From the NCBI GenBank assembly GCA_902768985.1, contig CACXNA010000003.1, positions 58,675 to 122,674 of the forward strand: a DNA stretch of 64,000 nucleotides, written 5' to 3'. The notes under the pieces are model-generated. The model saw only the letters and a program-made list of their open reading frames with translations. It made no database searches and was not told the DNA's origin. Shown one piece after another: positions 1-8,976 of the stretch (positions are counted from its first letter, which is position 1; each line of letters begins with the position of its first letter). A program made the translations under genes and the position numbers. The stretch comes from an uncultured Bacteroidia bacterium. Its GTDB lineage: Bacteria; Bacteroidota; Bacteroidia; Bacteroidales; UBA932.

Positions 1-108
1 CGGCGTGACGTCCAGGCGGGCGAGGAAACGAGCCTCGTGGCCGCCGGCGGGCTCCGCCGTGTCGAATTCCGCCGCGTGGTCGCGGATGTATTCTTCTAAA
101 TCTTTCAT
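1..108 (-). CDS. 5' part of a gene coupled to the ECF sigma gene (putative anti-sigma or membrane partner), cut by the window edge
   Basis: The ATG at 108-106 overlaps the sigma stop (ATATGA). It reads MKDLEEYIRDHAAEFDTAEPAGGHEARFLARLDVTP to the edge. A position directly downstream of an ECF sigma is typical of anti-sigma partners. Confidence 0.4.
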   Translation of the reverse strand, partial: MKDLEEYIRDHAAEFDTAEPAGGHEARFLARLDVTP

Positions 109-617
109 ATCGTATGATTCAGCATCTCTATCAGTTTGCTCCTTCCGCGGGAGTACAGGGAGCGAAGCGTCGTTTCCTTCTTGCCGGTCAGCTCAGCGAT
201 TTCGCCGTAGTCCAGCCCTTCGATGAGCACGAGGTCCAGGATCAGGCCGTACGGCTCGGGCAGGCGCTCCATCGCGGCCTTGATCTGCCCAATGGACGGG
301 AGGGCGGGAGATTCGCCGGACGAGCCGGCGAATGACGTATCGGTCCCGTCTGCTTCCTCCCGACCGTACTCCTCCAGGAAGGCCTCGCGGCGTTCGCGGC
401 GGCGCAGCCGGTCGATCGAAGCGTGGATGCAGGTGCGGGCCAACCAGGCCGAGACCTGCTCGGGCGAGGAGAAATTTCCCGGCGCGGTGACGAATTTCAG
501 GATCGTATCCTGCATCACCTCCTCCGCCTCGTCGGAATCCCGGAGAATCCGCAGGCTGATGTTGTACAGCCGCCGGTGGTGCTCCTGGTAGAATTCCGTA
601 ATCTCCTGTCGTGTCAT
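105..617 (-). CDS. RNA polymerase ECF-type sigma-70 factor
   Basis: 170 aa with a region-2-like segment (EEVMQDTILKF, ARTCIHASIDRLRRR) and a region-4 HTH (LIEGLDYGEIAELTGKKETTLRSLYSRGRSKL). Confidence 0.9.
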   Translation of the reverse strand: MTRQEITEFYQEHHRRLYNISLRILRDSDEAEEVMQDTILKFVTAPGNFSSPEQVSAWLARTCIHASIDRLRRRERREAFLEEYGREEADGTDTSFAGSSGESPALPSIGQIKAAMERLPEPYGLILDLVLIEGLDYGEIAELTGKKETTLRSLYSRGRSKLIEMLNHTI

Positions 618-644
618 TTTTGCTTGCTCTGTCTATATAACGCA

Positions 645-676
645 GAACGAACCGGATTGTTGCAGTCCGGTTCGTT
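645..676. other. Hairpin at the rsmD 3' end (GAACGAACCGGA / TCCGGTTCGTT)
   Basis: An 11-bp stem overlaps the rsmD stop codon. The T-tract lies only on the + strand, so terminator function for the minus-strand gene is uncertain. Confidence 0.3.
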
Positions 677-1209
677 TATTTTTCAAAAAAGGAGAAATGT
701 ACGCGCCCGTAGGTCTTTTCCTTCTTGAAATTCGGGTGGCCGGTGAAGGAATATTCATCGCCGTGCTCCAGGATGAAATAGCAGCCCGGGTGGAGCAGGT
801 CCCGACTCAGCACCTTGTCGGGGAGGGTGTCCAGTCCCTCCAGCGCATAGGGCGGATCGGCGAAGATGAGGTCGAACTTCTCGCGGCAGATGGGCAGGAA
901 GTCGAAGACGTTGTCGTGCACGGCCGTGACGGCCGGCAAGCCGAGCCGGGCGGCCTCGCGGCGGATGAAGGCGGCGTGGTCGCGGTTCATCTCCACACAA
1001 TACACGCGACGCGCGCCGCGCGAGGCGAATTCGTACGACACGGCGCCGGTGCCGCCGAAGAGGTCGAGCACCTGCAGGTCTTCGAATTCGTATTCGTTGT
1101 TCAGGATATTGAACAGGCCCTCCCGGGCGAAATCCGTGGTGGGCCTGGCGCCATAGCCCATGGGGGGCTGGATGGGTTTGCCTTTGAGGCGGCCGCCGAT
1201 AATCCTCAT
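676..1209 (-). CDS. rsmD: 16S rRNA (guanine966-N2)-methyltransferase RsmD
   Basis: 177 aa with RPTTDFAREGLFNIL, the DLFGGTGAVSYEFASRGA SAM motif and the DPPY motif (FADPPYA). Confidence 0.9.
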   Translation of the reverse strand: MRIIGGRLKGKPIQPPMGYGARPTTDFAREGLFNILNNEYEFEDLQVLDLFGGTGAVSYEFASRGARRVYCVEMNRDHAAFIRREAARLGLPAVTAVHDNVFDFLPICREKFDLIFADPPYALEGLDTLPDKVLSRDLLHPGCYFILEHGDEYSFTGHPNFKKEKTYGRVHFSFFEK

Positions 1210-1667
1210 AGGTTGATGACGGCCTTGAAATAGCGGTACAGGGACATCTCGTCCTCGGCGTCCAGCGGCGTACGCCAGCAGATGGTGGAGATCTCCGGGT
1301 TGAGCTGAAGCGACTTCAGCGCCAGGAAGATGTAGTATTCCGCCGTGGTGAAGTCCTGGACCTGGAAACTGTTGGCCAGCTTGAGGCTGTCGCCCTGCGC
1401 GATGGCCAGGAAGAGATGGTCTTCCGCGAGACTGCAGAGGATCTTGTTATACTCCGGGCAGTCGGGCAGCTGCTGGAGCAGCTTATAGATTTCGGGGGTG
1501 CCGTCAACAACGACACTGTCCTCGCCTACGGAGTAGACAAGGACAGCGTCATATGACGGTATATCGAGGTGATCGACGACATCCGCCTCCTTCAAATCAA
1601 CCACGTCGGCCAACGCTTGACGCGCCGTCGCAGGGTCGAAAAAACGGGAGGGGACGAGCGTAAACAC
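1206..1667 (-). CDS. Hypothetical protein, DUF3822-like (short form)
   Basis: 153 aa with a GTG start overlapping the upstream stop (TAGTG). It sits upstream of rsmD, as DUF3822 genes do in Bacteroidales. It is shorter than I remember for that family. Confidence 0.5.
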   Translation of the reverse strand: MFTLVPSRFFDPATARQALADVVDLKEADVVDHLDIPSYDAVLVYSVGEDSVVVDGTPEIYKLLQQLPDCPEYNKILCSLAEDHLFLAIAQGDSLKLANSFQVQDFTTAEYYIFLALKSLQLNPEISTICWRTPLDAEDEMSLYRYFKAVINL

Positions 1668-2368
1668 TACTCCCAGTTACCTGCGTTGTTGTTCGGGGCG
1701 GTGATGGAACCGACCTGGAGACCTTCGTAGCGGTTGAGGTCGCGGCTCTCGGCGTTCAGGTTGATGATCAGCTGACGATCCATACCCTTGAGGAGGGCCT
1801 TCCAGGGGATGCGGGCCTCAAAGAGGGGCACGGGCACACCGGACACCATCTTGATCGCGGACTCCATCTCGATCGGGGTCTTGCCGGAGAACGGGATGTA
1901 CTTGAGGGAGTCGGCGCAGAAGTCCGGGCGGTTGTTGAAGAGCGTGTCGCGCACCGGGATCTTGGTGACGGTGGAGAACACGACCTTCTGGCCGGCGGCA
2001 TAGGCCTCCTGGAGCTTCTCGGTCAGCTGCTCGGGCTTGAGCTTCTTGTTGGCCTTCTTGATGGCCTCGGTGTTCATCACGGCGAGGGAGTCGTCCATGG
2101 AACCGATCTGCATCACGATCTCCATCTGGCCAGCCTCGTAGAACTGCTTGAGGGAGTCAATCGAGGAGTTGAACTTGCCGGTGACGGACTTGAAGGCGAC
2201 CTGCAGGGTACGGATATCCTTCAGGCGCTGCACGGCGACAGCCTGCCGGGTTTCCTTCTCTTTGTTGAAGTTGACCGGCTTCATGATGTTGCTGTACAGC
2301 AGATAAACAAGGCCGCAGATGAGCGCCAGCAGGGCGATCTCAATGATAATTTTAGTTCCTTTGTTCAT
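1667..2368 (-). CDS. Hypothetical membrane-anchored protein
   Basis: The internal start MNKGTKIIIEIALLALICGLVYLLY gives one N-terminal TM helix followed by a soluble domain. A TAACTTTG box lies 36 nt upstream. Confidence 0.6.
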   Translation of the reverse strand: MNKGTKIIIEIALLALICGLVYLLYSNIMKPVNFNKEKETRQAVAVQRLKDIRTLQVAFKSVTGKFNSSIDSLKQFYEAGQMEIVMQIGSMDDSLAVMNTEAIKKANKKLKPEQLTEKLQEAYAAGQKVVFSTVTKIPVRDTLFNNRPDFCADSLKYIPFSGKTPIEMESAIKMVSGVPVPLFEARIPWKALLKGMDRQLIINLNAESRDLNRYEGLQVGSITAPNNNAGNWE

Positions 2369-2404
2369 TGTATGGGTTAATTTTATTTGATATCCAAAGT
2401 CCCA

Positions 2405-2412
2405 CAAAGTTA
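2405..2412 (-). promoter_or_regulatory. Bacteroidota -7 box TAACTTTG for the 1667-2368 operon
   Basis: Exact TAnnTTTG match on the minus strand in the divergent intergenic region. Confidence 0.5.
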
Positions 2413-2444
2413 GGAAATTGATTTATCAAATGCAATATTCTTAT

Positions 2445-2452
2445 TAAATTTG
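2445..2452 (+). promoter_or_regulatory. -7 box TAAATTTG for the DHH phosphoesterase gene
   Basis: Exact TAnnTTTG match, 10 nt before the TTG at 2463 and 19 nt before the ATG at 2472. Confidence 0.5.
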
Positions 2453-2462
2453 CACAGTTTTT

Positions 2463-3512
2463 TTGGAAGACATGCAAGCGCTTGTTCCATCGGATATCCT
2501 GCAGTTGGAGGCGTACTTCGCAGCCGCGAAACGCGTTTCCATCGTCGTCCACGTGCATCCCGACGGGGATGCGCTCGGGAGCGGCACGGCCATGCTGACC
2601 TATCTCCGCCAGTGCCGGGGGCTGGAAGCCCGCCTGCTGCTGCCGGAGGCCGGGCCGGCGTCGCTCGACTTCGTGCTCCCCGCCGACGGCTGGATCGACG
2701 CCGCCGGCGAGCCGGAGGCCGCAAGGGCCTGGATCGCCGGGAGCGACCTGATCGTCTGCCAGGACATGAACGAATTCAAGCGCGCGGAAGCGCTGGCCCC
2801 GGCCCTGACGGCCTCCGGCGCCCGCAAGGTCCTGATCGACCATCACTTGAATCCAAACCGCGAGCTCTTCGACCTGCTGTTCAGCGAAACGGAGATCTCG
2901 TCCACCTGCGAGCTGCTTTACTGGGTGCTGCTCGCCCTGCCGGGCGTCGGCGAGGCGGCGAAGCTCCCGATGCCGGTGCTCGACGCCCTGATGACGGGCA
3001 TGACCACCGATACGAACAATTTCGCCAACTCCGTCTTCCCCTCCACCCTGCAGATGGCCTCCGAGCTGCTGGCCGCCGGCGTGGACCGGAACGCGCTGCT
3101 GGGCCATCTTTATCAGAACTACCGCGAGAATCGCTTCCGCGCCATGGGCGCCGTCCTGGCCGAGCGCATGGTCGTCCGCCCGGACGGCGTCGCCTACATC
3201 ATCCTGGACCGGGCGTTCCTGCAGCGTTTCGAGATCCAGGAAGGCGAGACCGAAGGCTTCGTCAACCTGCCGCTGGGCATCGGCAACGTGCGGATCAGCC
3301 TGCTGCTGCGCGAGGACGATGGGCACTTCCGCGTGTCCATCCGTTCCAAGGCGGGCGTTTCCGCCAACCGCCTGGCCACGGAGGTCTTCCACGGCGGCGG
3401 ACACGAGCAGGCGGCGGGCGGGAAGCTCCACTTCCCGCAGGATATTGCAACCCCCGCCGATGCGGAGAAATTCGTCTCCGACGTGACGGCACGATTTATG
3501 CGGAATCAATGA
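2463..3512 (+). CDS. nrnA: DHH/DHHA1 family phosphoesterase (NrnA-like oligoribonuclease / pAp phosphatase)
   Basis: Motifs HVHPDGDALGS, DHH (LIDHHLN) and GGGHEQAAGG (DHHA1). The real start may be the ATG at 2472. Confidence 0.85.
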   Translation: MEDMQALVPSDILQLEAYFAAAKRVSIVVHVHPDGDALGSGTAMLTYLRQCRGLEARLLLPEAGPASLDFVLPADGWIDAAGEPEAARAWIAGSDLIVCQDMNEFKRAEALAPALTASGARKVLIDHHLNPNRELFDLLFSETEISSTCELLYWVLLALPGVGEAAKLPMPVLDALMTGMTTDTNNFANSVFPSTLQMASELLAAGVDRNALLGHLYQNYRENRFRAMGAVLAERMVVRPDGVAYIILDRAFLQRFEIQEGETEGFVNLPLGIGNVRISLLLREDDGHFRVSIRSKAGVSANRLATEVFHGGGHEQAAGGKLHFPQDIATPADAEKFVSDVTARFMRNQ

Positions 3513-3519
3513 ACCGATT

Positions 3520-4596
3520 ATGAAGAAAACCATCCTATATCTGAGTTTGGCGGCGCTTGTGCTGGCCGGCTGCGCCAAGGCCCCGAAGAAGGGCACGAAT
3601 GAAGACGCCAAACGCTATTTCGAAGCGTGGAAGCAGGTGTATTATCCCAACGCCACCCGCACCCCGCTGGGTGCCTATATCCTGGAGGAGACGCCCGGTA
3701 CGGGCGCTTCCGCCGGCACCACGACCGCCAATCCCTTTGTCCGGATCAATTATACGGTCCGCTCGCTGGACGGCACGGTCCAGATCTCCACGAGCGAAGC
3801 CATGGCCAAGCAGTTGGGCAACTTCGAGAAGAATGAGGGCAAGAACCCGTACTACGGTCCGGTCGTCCTGGCCCGCGGCTCGGCCGGACAGGCTGCCGGC
3901 GTGGAAGAGTCCCTGGCGGCGATGAGCGTCGGCGGAAGCCGCACGGTCGCGATCCCCGGCTGGCTGCTGGGCAAGGACTCCAGCAGCGGCGTCCCTATCC
4001 TGTACAGCACGGCTGAAGATTATGAGCAGAAGGTTTCCGGCCCCACGCCGCTGATCTATGAACTGGAACTGATGGATGTCATTCCCGACATCAAGCAGTG
4101 GCAGATCGACTCGGTCGGACGCTATATCGCGGCCCAGTTCCCCAAAAAGAGCGTCACGGATTCCATCAAGCTCGGCTTCTACTACTTCATGACCGACCAC
4201 CCGTCGACGCCGGACAAGTTTAAGCCCGATACGACGATTTACATCAACTACATCGGCCGCCGCCTGGACGGCACGGTGTTCGACACCAGCATCGCCGACA
4301 CCGCCAAGTACTACGGCATCTATTCCGCCTCCCGCACCTATGGTCCCTGCGCGATCAACTGGTACACTACGGATGAAACCTATGCCGACATCACCATGAC
4401 CCTGCCCGACGCGAAAAGCGGCTCCAGCGTGATCAGCGGATTCTCCTTCGCCCTCGACCAGATGCATCCGCACGAGAAGGGTTCGGCCATCTTCATCTCG
4501 AACTGGGGCTACGGCGCCAAGGGGTCCAGCCCCGCAATCCCGTCCTACTCCCCGCTGCGCTTTGATTTCGAGATCGTCGACAAACCTGCTTCCTAG
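3520..4596 (+). CDS. FKBP-type peptidyl-prolyl isomerase lipoprotein (two FKBP-like modules)
   Basis: Lipoprotein signal MKKTILYLSLAALVLAGCAK. FKBP-like INYTVRSLDGTV and INYIGRRLDGTVFDTS motifs occur twice. Confidence 0.75.
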   Translation: MKKTILYLSLAALVLAGCAKAPKKGTNEDAKRYFEAWKQVYYPNATRTPLGAYILEETPGTGASAGTTTANPFVRINYTVRSLDGTVQISTSEAMAKQLGNFEKNEGKNPYYGPVVLARGSAGQAAGVEESLAAMSVGGSRTVAIPGWLLGKDSSSGVPILYSTAEDYEQKVSGPTPLIYELELMDVIPDIKQWQIDSVGRYIAAQFPKKSVTDSIKLGFYYFMTDHPSTPDKFKPDTTIYINYIGRRLDGTVFDTSIADTAKYYGIYSASRTYGPCAINWYTTDETYADITMTLPDAKSGSSVISGFSFALDQMHPHEKGSAIFISNWGYGAKGSSPAIPSYSPLRFDFEIVDKPAS

Positions 4597-4599
4597 GCC

Positions 4600-6006
4600 A
4601 TGGCAGAAGCAATGGCAGGTGCAGCTCCGACCGAGCTCGGATCCGAGAAAATCGGCAAACTTCTGAGACAGTACGCCGTCCCGGGCATCATCGCCCAGAC
4701 GGCGGCTTCTTTGTACAATATGGTGGACAGCATCTACATCGGGCACATTCCCGGTGTGGGTTCAGCCGCCATCAGCGGCCTGGCCGTGACCTTCCCCCTG
4801 ATGAACCTGTCCATCGCGATGGGTACGCTGGTCGGCGTGGGCGCCATGACGCTCATCTCCGTCCTGCTGGGGCAGCGCAACTACGATGCGGCGCAGAAGG
4901 TCCTGTCCAACGTGTTGACGCTCAACGTCATCATCGGCGTCGTCTTCACGGCCATCACCCTCCCGTTCCTGGACTCGATCCTGCGTTTCTTCGGGGCCAG
5001 TGACACGACCCTGCCCTTCGCACGGGACTACATGTTCATCATCCTCGCGGGCAATGTCTTCACGCATCTATACCATGGTTTCAACGGGCTCATCCGCTCG
5101 TCCGGCCACCCCAAGGTGGCCATGGGCCTGACGCTCTTCACCGTGGTCTCCAACGCCATCCTGGACCCGATCTTCATCTTCGTGCTCGGGATGGGCATCC
5201 GCGGCGCCGCCCTGGCGACCATTCTCTGCCAGCTCGCGGCCCTCGCCTATACCCTCCGCTTCCTGTCCGACAAGCGGCGCCTGCTGCATTTCACCCGTCC
5301 GCTCTTCCAGCTGGACTGGCGCATTGCGAAGCAGTCGCTCGCCATCGGCGTCGGCCCCTTCCTGATGAACGTGGCCGCCTGCCTGGTGGCGCTGTTCATC
5401 AACCAGCAGCTGGGTAAGTACGGCGGCGACATGGCCATCGGCGCCTACGGCATCCTGAACCGCCTGACCATGCTCTTCGTGATGGTTAACATGGGCTTCA
5501 GCCAGGGCCTGCAGCCGATTGCCGGCTACAATTACGGCGCGCGGCAGTACACCCGCGTCCGGGAAATCTTCGTCCTCACGGCCAAGTGGGAGGTGCTCGT
5601 CACGACGCTCTGCTTCCTGATGTCGGAGCTGATCCCCCGCCAGGCGGTGAGCCTGTTCACCAACGACCCGCAGCTCATCGAGCTGGCCGCCCGCGGCCTG
5701 CGCATCATGAACTGCGCCTTCGCCCTGGTGGGCTTCGGCATGGTCACGGGCAACTTCTTCCAGTGTCTCGGCATGGTCCGCAAGTCCATCTTCCTGTCGC
5801 TGTCGCGCCAGCTGCTCTTCCTGCTGCCGCTGATCTACACCCTGCCGCTGTGGCTGCAGGAGACGGGCGTCTGGATCAGTTTCCCGATTTCCGATACCCT
5901 GAACGTGATTATCTCCGCCATCCTGATCGTCCGGCTGTTCCGCAAGTTCGACCGGCTCAAGGACGGCGAGAGCGCCGATATCCTTGGCAGTAACATCCAA
6001 TCCTAG
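4600..6006 (+). CDS. MATE family efflux transporter
   Basis: 468 aa with about 12 predicted TM segments and the typical N-terminus KLLRQYAVPGIIAQTAASLYNMVDSIYIGH. Confidence 0.9.
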   Translation: MAEAMAGAAPTELGSEKIGKLLRQYAVPGIIAQTAASLYNMVDSIYIGHIPGVGSAAISGLAVTFPLMNLSIAMGTLVGVGAMTLISVLLGQRNYDAAQKVLSNVLTLNVIIGVVFTAITLPFLDSILRFFGASDTTLPFARDYMFIILAGNVFTHLYHGFNGLIRSSGHPKVAMGLTLFTVVSNAILDPIFIFVLGMGIRGAALATILCQLAALAYTLRFLSDKRRLLHFTRPLFQLDWRIAKQSLAIGVGPFLMNVAACLVALFINQQLGKYGGDMAIGAYGILNRLTMLFVMVNMGFSQGLQPIAGYNYGARQYTRVREIFVLTAKWEVLVTTLCFLMSELIPRQAVSLFTNDPQLIELAARGLRIMNCAFALVGFGMVTGNFFQCLGMVRKSIFLSLSRQLLFLLPLIYTLPLWLQETGVWISFPISDTLNVIISAILIVRLFRKFDRLKDGESADILGSNIQS

Positions 6007-6012
6007 CCACAT

Positions 6013-6627
6013 ATGGACGAGAAGCACATTCTGATCAACATCGGGCGCCAGTTCGGCGCCGGCGGCAAGGGCGTTGCCGACCTGCTCGGCAAGCGCCTGG
6101 GCATCCCGGTCTACGACAACGAGCTCCTGCAGAAGGCAGCCGCCGAGAGCGGACTCAGTCCGGCCTTCTTCAAGAAGAACGACGAGAAGCGCCGCCTCTT
6201 CCGCTTCGGGTCGCTGTTCGGCCTGAACCGCGCCAGCTCGTACGCCCCCTCGGGAATCGACGAGACGGAGCTGTTCAAGTACCAGAGCGACGCCATCCGT
6301 AAGATTGCGGAGCAGGGAAACGCCATCTTCCTGGGCCGTGCCTCGAACTACGTCCTGCGCGACATGGAGTGCCTGGACGTGTTTATCTGTGCCCCGATGG
6401 AGGACCGCGTGGCCCGCGTCTGCCAGCGGACGGGGATGACCGCCGAAGAGGCGGAGAAGTTTATCGTCAAGAAAGAGCGGGCGCGCCGGGACTATTATAA
6501 TTTCTTCACGCTCGGCAACTGGGGCGTCGCCTCCAACTACGACCTCTGCCTCGACTCCTCGCTGGTCGGCCTCGAGGGCTGCGTCGACATCATCGTCGAC
6601 TTCGGCCGAAAAGCCGGCCTGCTGTAG
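6013..6627 (+). CDS. Cytidylate kinase-like family protein (AAA/P-loop)
   Basis: 204 aa with N-terminal INIGRQFGAGGKGVADLLGKRLGIPVYD, typical of the cytidylate-kinase-like family of Bacteroidales. Confidence 0.8.
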   Translation: MDEKHILINIGRQFGAGGKGVADLLGKRLGIPVYDNELLQKAAAESGLSPAFFKKNDEKRRLFRFGSLFGLNRASSYAPSGIDETELFKYQSDAIRKIAEQGNAIFLGRASNYVLRDMECLDVFICAPMEDRVARVCQRTGMTAEEAEKFIVKKERARRDYYNFFTLGNWGVASNYDLCLDSSLVGLEGCVDIIVDFGRKAGLL

Positions 6628-6647
6628 CCGTCCGTCTCTTTTGACCG

Positions 6648-6692
6648 GTGGGCTAACCCCCCGGACCCCCTGCGTCGCAAAGCTCCGACCCA
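6648..6692 (-). repeat. G-module repeat copy (GTCGGAGC...GCGAC..AGGGGGT..CGGGG)
   Basis: The reverse complement aligns at about 75% by eye with 53303-53347. A partial third copy lies at 10276-10300. Confidence 0.4.
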
Positions 6693-6693
6693 C

Positions 6694-6718
6694 GTCATTC
6701 CGGGCTTGACCCGGAATC
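6694..6718 (-). repeat. 25-nt palindromic element P25, copy 1 (GTCATTCCGGGCTTGACCCGGAATC)
   Basis: It is the exact reverse complement of the copies at 20677-20701 and 32787-32811, with an internal 8-9 bp stem ATTCCGGG/CCCGGAAT. Confidence 0.85.
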
Positions 6719-6720
6719 CC

Positions 6721-6852
6721 AGACAGGTGTCCACGAAATCGCCATTCTACGCGTTATTTCTGGACACCTGTCGGCATTTTGGGCTGTTTTCGGCTGTTTT
6801 GCGTGGGAGGTGTCCACTTTTATTGCACCAGAGGCCGATTTTGTGGACACCT
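6721..6852 (+). repeat. Four-arm double-hairpin element, family DH-1, copy A (REP/REPIN-like)
   Basis: GGTGTCCAC/GTGGACACC arms at 6723-6734, 6761-6771, 6808-6817 and 6843-6852. It aligns in reverse orientation with 9906-10038. Confidence 0.8.
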
Positions 6853-6973
6853 ATTCGTCCCGGGATTCGCGCGGTTTTTCCGCCGGGCATTAAAATTTCA
6901 CAATTTCTTTCTTACAAATCTTACAAGCCCTTGGACTTCCCAAAATCTGTTTTCATCTTTACGGAAATAGATA

Positions 6974-7927
6974 ATGACTATGAAACAACTTTACCACTTC
7001 TGTATTACCTGTCACGAGGAGGTCCTGTTCCGGGACGACGAAGACATCCGCAACATCACCAACATCCTTGCGCTTGAAGCCTTCGGTAGCCAGGTTGAGC
7101 TTTGGGCGGACGCGATTATGTCCACCCACATCCACGGCATTGCATTCGGCGAAGCGGATGCGGTCATCCGCTTTTGCCGCACACTGAAGATGCGCATCAC
7201 CAAGTATCACCGCTACCGCCACCGGGGATCCGGCCCGCTGTTTGACGATGGTCACTTCCTACTACGCCTGGATGGCAACAACCATATCCTTGCGGCCGTC
7301 AGTTACGTTCTCCGGAACGGACTGCATCACGGGCAGAGTGCCACGCCATTCAGCTATCCCCATTGTTCGGCCAATCATTTATTCTGTAAAGAGCTCGGAA
7401 AGACGCCCCAGGAAGGCGTCATCACCTCCCGGCGGGACATCGCCCGGCACCTGCCGCGGCGCTCGGAGTTCCCGGACCACTTTGCGATGGACCGGAACGG
7501 GATGCTGGTCCGCCATTCTTTCGAACAACTGGCACGCGTGGAGCACTGCTACCGGACGCCACGCTGCTTCGAATATTATATGAGTCGCCTGTCCGGCGAG
7601 GAATGGCAGCGGGAGCAGCGGGAAGACGGCGTGGTGGATGCGCCGATCACACTCGAGTCGCTGGAACAGCCCAGCCAGTACGAGCCGATAGCGAAGATGC
7701 TCGCCAGCGAAAAGGGATACAACTATTCTCCCTCGCAGCGCTCGGATATGGATCTATGCCAAGTCATCGACAGAGAGTATGTCCGGAGTTATGGCAGGAT
7801 CTCCGTCTATCAGCTGACCGCCGAACAGCGGCGCCGAATCGCCGGCGACCTGGCCCGGCGCCTTCACGCCCCCGCCGCCCAGATTCTTCGCTGCCTGGCA
7901 CTGGCGGATCATCCCGCCGGATACTGA
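6974..7927 (+). CDS. HUH/Y1 (IS200-like, RAYT-like) transposase-like protein with a C-terminal HTH-like extension
   Basis: 317 aa with an HUH-like motif STHIHGI and a tyrosine motif AAVSYVLRNGL (Y-x-x-x-N, as in REP-associated tyrosine transposases). The C-terminus (LTAEQRRRIAGDLARRLHAPAAQILRCL) looks HTH-like. The gene is adjacent to hairpin element A. Confidence 0.7.
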   Translation: MTMKQLYHFCITCHEEVLFRDDEDIRNITNILALEAFGSQVELWADAIMSTHIHGIAFGEADAVIRFCRTLKMRITKYHRYRHRGSGPLFDDGHFLLRLDGNNHILAAVSYVLRNGLHHGQSATPFSYPHCSANHLFCKELGKTPQEGVITSRRDIARHLPRRSEFPDHFAMDRNGMLVRHSFEQLARVEHCYRTPRCFEYYMSRLSGEEWQREQREDGVVDAPITLESLEQPSQYEPIAKMLASEKGYNYSPSQRSDMDLCQVIDREYVRSYGRISVYQLTAEQRRRIAGDLARRLHAPAAQILRCLALADHPAGY

Positions 7928-8530
7928 TTATATCGCCAGGCCGAGGTGTAAGCCAATGGACGGACCGATAGTTGGGCCAAGGAAAAGATTTGACTTGCCC
8001 CATAGCCGGATGGAAAGCCCCGGTTCCCAGGAGAAGTACCATCTGCAAACTCCGGCCACTGGAGCACCGTCAATGATATATCCAAAAGCCTTATAGACAT
8101 ATGACCCTCCGACCATCAAGTCACTGTAGATAGAAAAGCGGCGTTTCCGGTCCAGCGGGATGTAATGCCGGTGATAAAGGAAGAAGTCTATGTTATATGC
8201 TTTGGCAGGATTGGCATCGTAAAACACCCAACTGTGTCCCAGGCCCAATCCAAACACCTTGTTGGGACTGGTTCGGATGCCTCCGGTCAGGGTTATCGAT
8301 TCATGGTAAATCATTCCCACGCCCCGCACGCTGAACTCCGGCTTCCAGTTCTTGCGACCCTCGGCCGACAAGTGCGACTTGACTTCCTCGAAATAGTCCT
8401 TGGCCACGAAATTGGGTGATTCGAAGTCCAGTTTATTGCCGACCACCGTGGACGTCGTGTCGACCTGCTGGGCGACGGCTGGGAAAAAAATCAGAAAAGC
8501 GGATAGTATCGTTATCAGGTATTTCATCAT
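7928..8530 (-). CDS. Hypothetical secreted protein, possible small outer-membrane beta-barrel
   Basis: Signal peptide MMKYLITILSAFLIFFPAVAQQ with alternating aromatic/glycine-rich segments. GC is noticeably lower and codons are often A/T-ending. Confidence 0.55.
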   Translation of the reverse strand: MMKYLITILSAFLIFFPAVAQQVDTTSTVVGNKLDFESPNFVAKDYFEEVKSHLSAEGRKNWKPEFSVRGVGMIYHESITLTGGIRTSPNKVFGLGLGHSWVFYDANPAKAYNIDFFLYHRHYIPLDRKRRFSIYSDLMVGGSYVYKAFGYIIDGAPVAGVCRWYFSWEPGLSIRLWGKSNLFLGPTIGPSIGLHLGLAI

Positions 8531-8532
8531 AC

Positions 8533-8976
8533 TTATTGTTTGTCGAACATGGAACGGAGGTCCTCCAGGGTGGCGGTGCCCTCCAGGTACAGGATGGTGA
8601 TGACCCAGGCGGGCCCGACCGGTCGGGCCTGGTAGCAGAGGTAGCGGTGGGTCTTGCCCCGCTGGGCGGGCTGGATCAGGGCGTAGGTCAGCAATTTCCC
8701 GATCACTTCCGTCTCGGCGGACACCGCCGCATCTGCGTCGGCTTTCACCAACGCAGCCACCTCCAGCGCCTCTTTCTCATCGACCTGGAACTGGACGCTG
8801 CGATAAAAATCCAGTTTGTACGTGGTCATGCTGCTGCCGCGGACTTCCGTCCGGATCATGCGGTCGGAGGAGATGACCCGCCCGCGAAAGATCGCGTTGC
8901 AGCTCAGGCCCCGCTGGGCAAAGGCCGCTCCGGAGGAAAGGAGCAGCGCCAGTATGCAAAGGAGTATCTTTTTCAT
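8533..8976 (-). CDS. Hypothetical secreted protein associated with the sigma/anti-sigma module
   Basis: Signal peptide MKKILLCILALLLSSGAAFAQ. It overlaps the upstream gene by 4 nt, which suggests an operon. Confidence 0.55.
   Translation of the reverse strand: MKKILLCILALLLSSGAAFAQRGLSCNAIFRGRVISSDRMIRTEVRGSSMTTYKLDFYRSVQFQVDEKEALEVAALVKADADAAVSAETEVIGKLLTYALIQPAQRGKTHRYLCYQARPVGPAWVITILYLEGTATLEDLRSMFDKQ

Noticed and set aside
6706-7077. ORFs running through the DH-1 hairpin elements (6706-7077 on + and 9885-10349 on -). They share a peptide such as FLDTCRHF...PLLLHQRPILWTP.
   Set aside because: The shared peptide simply reflects the shared repeat DNA. The differences between copies are mostly non-synonymous and cluster in the spacer. 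The ORFs start with non-ATG codons, lack promoters, and one runs into the RAYT-like gene. I interpret them as non-coding repeats.
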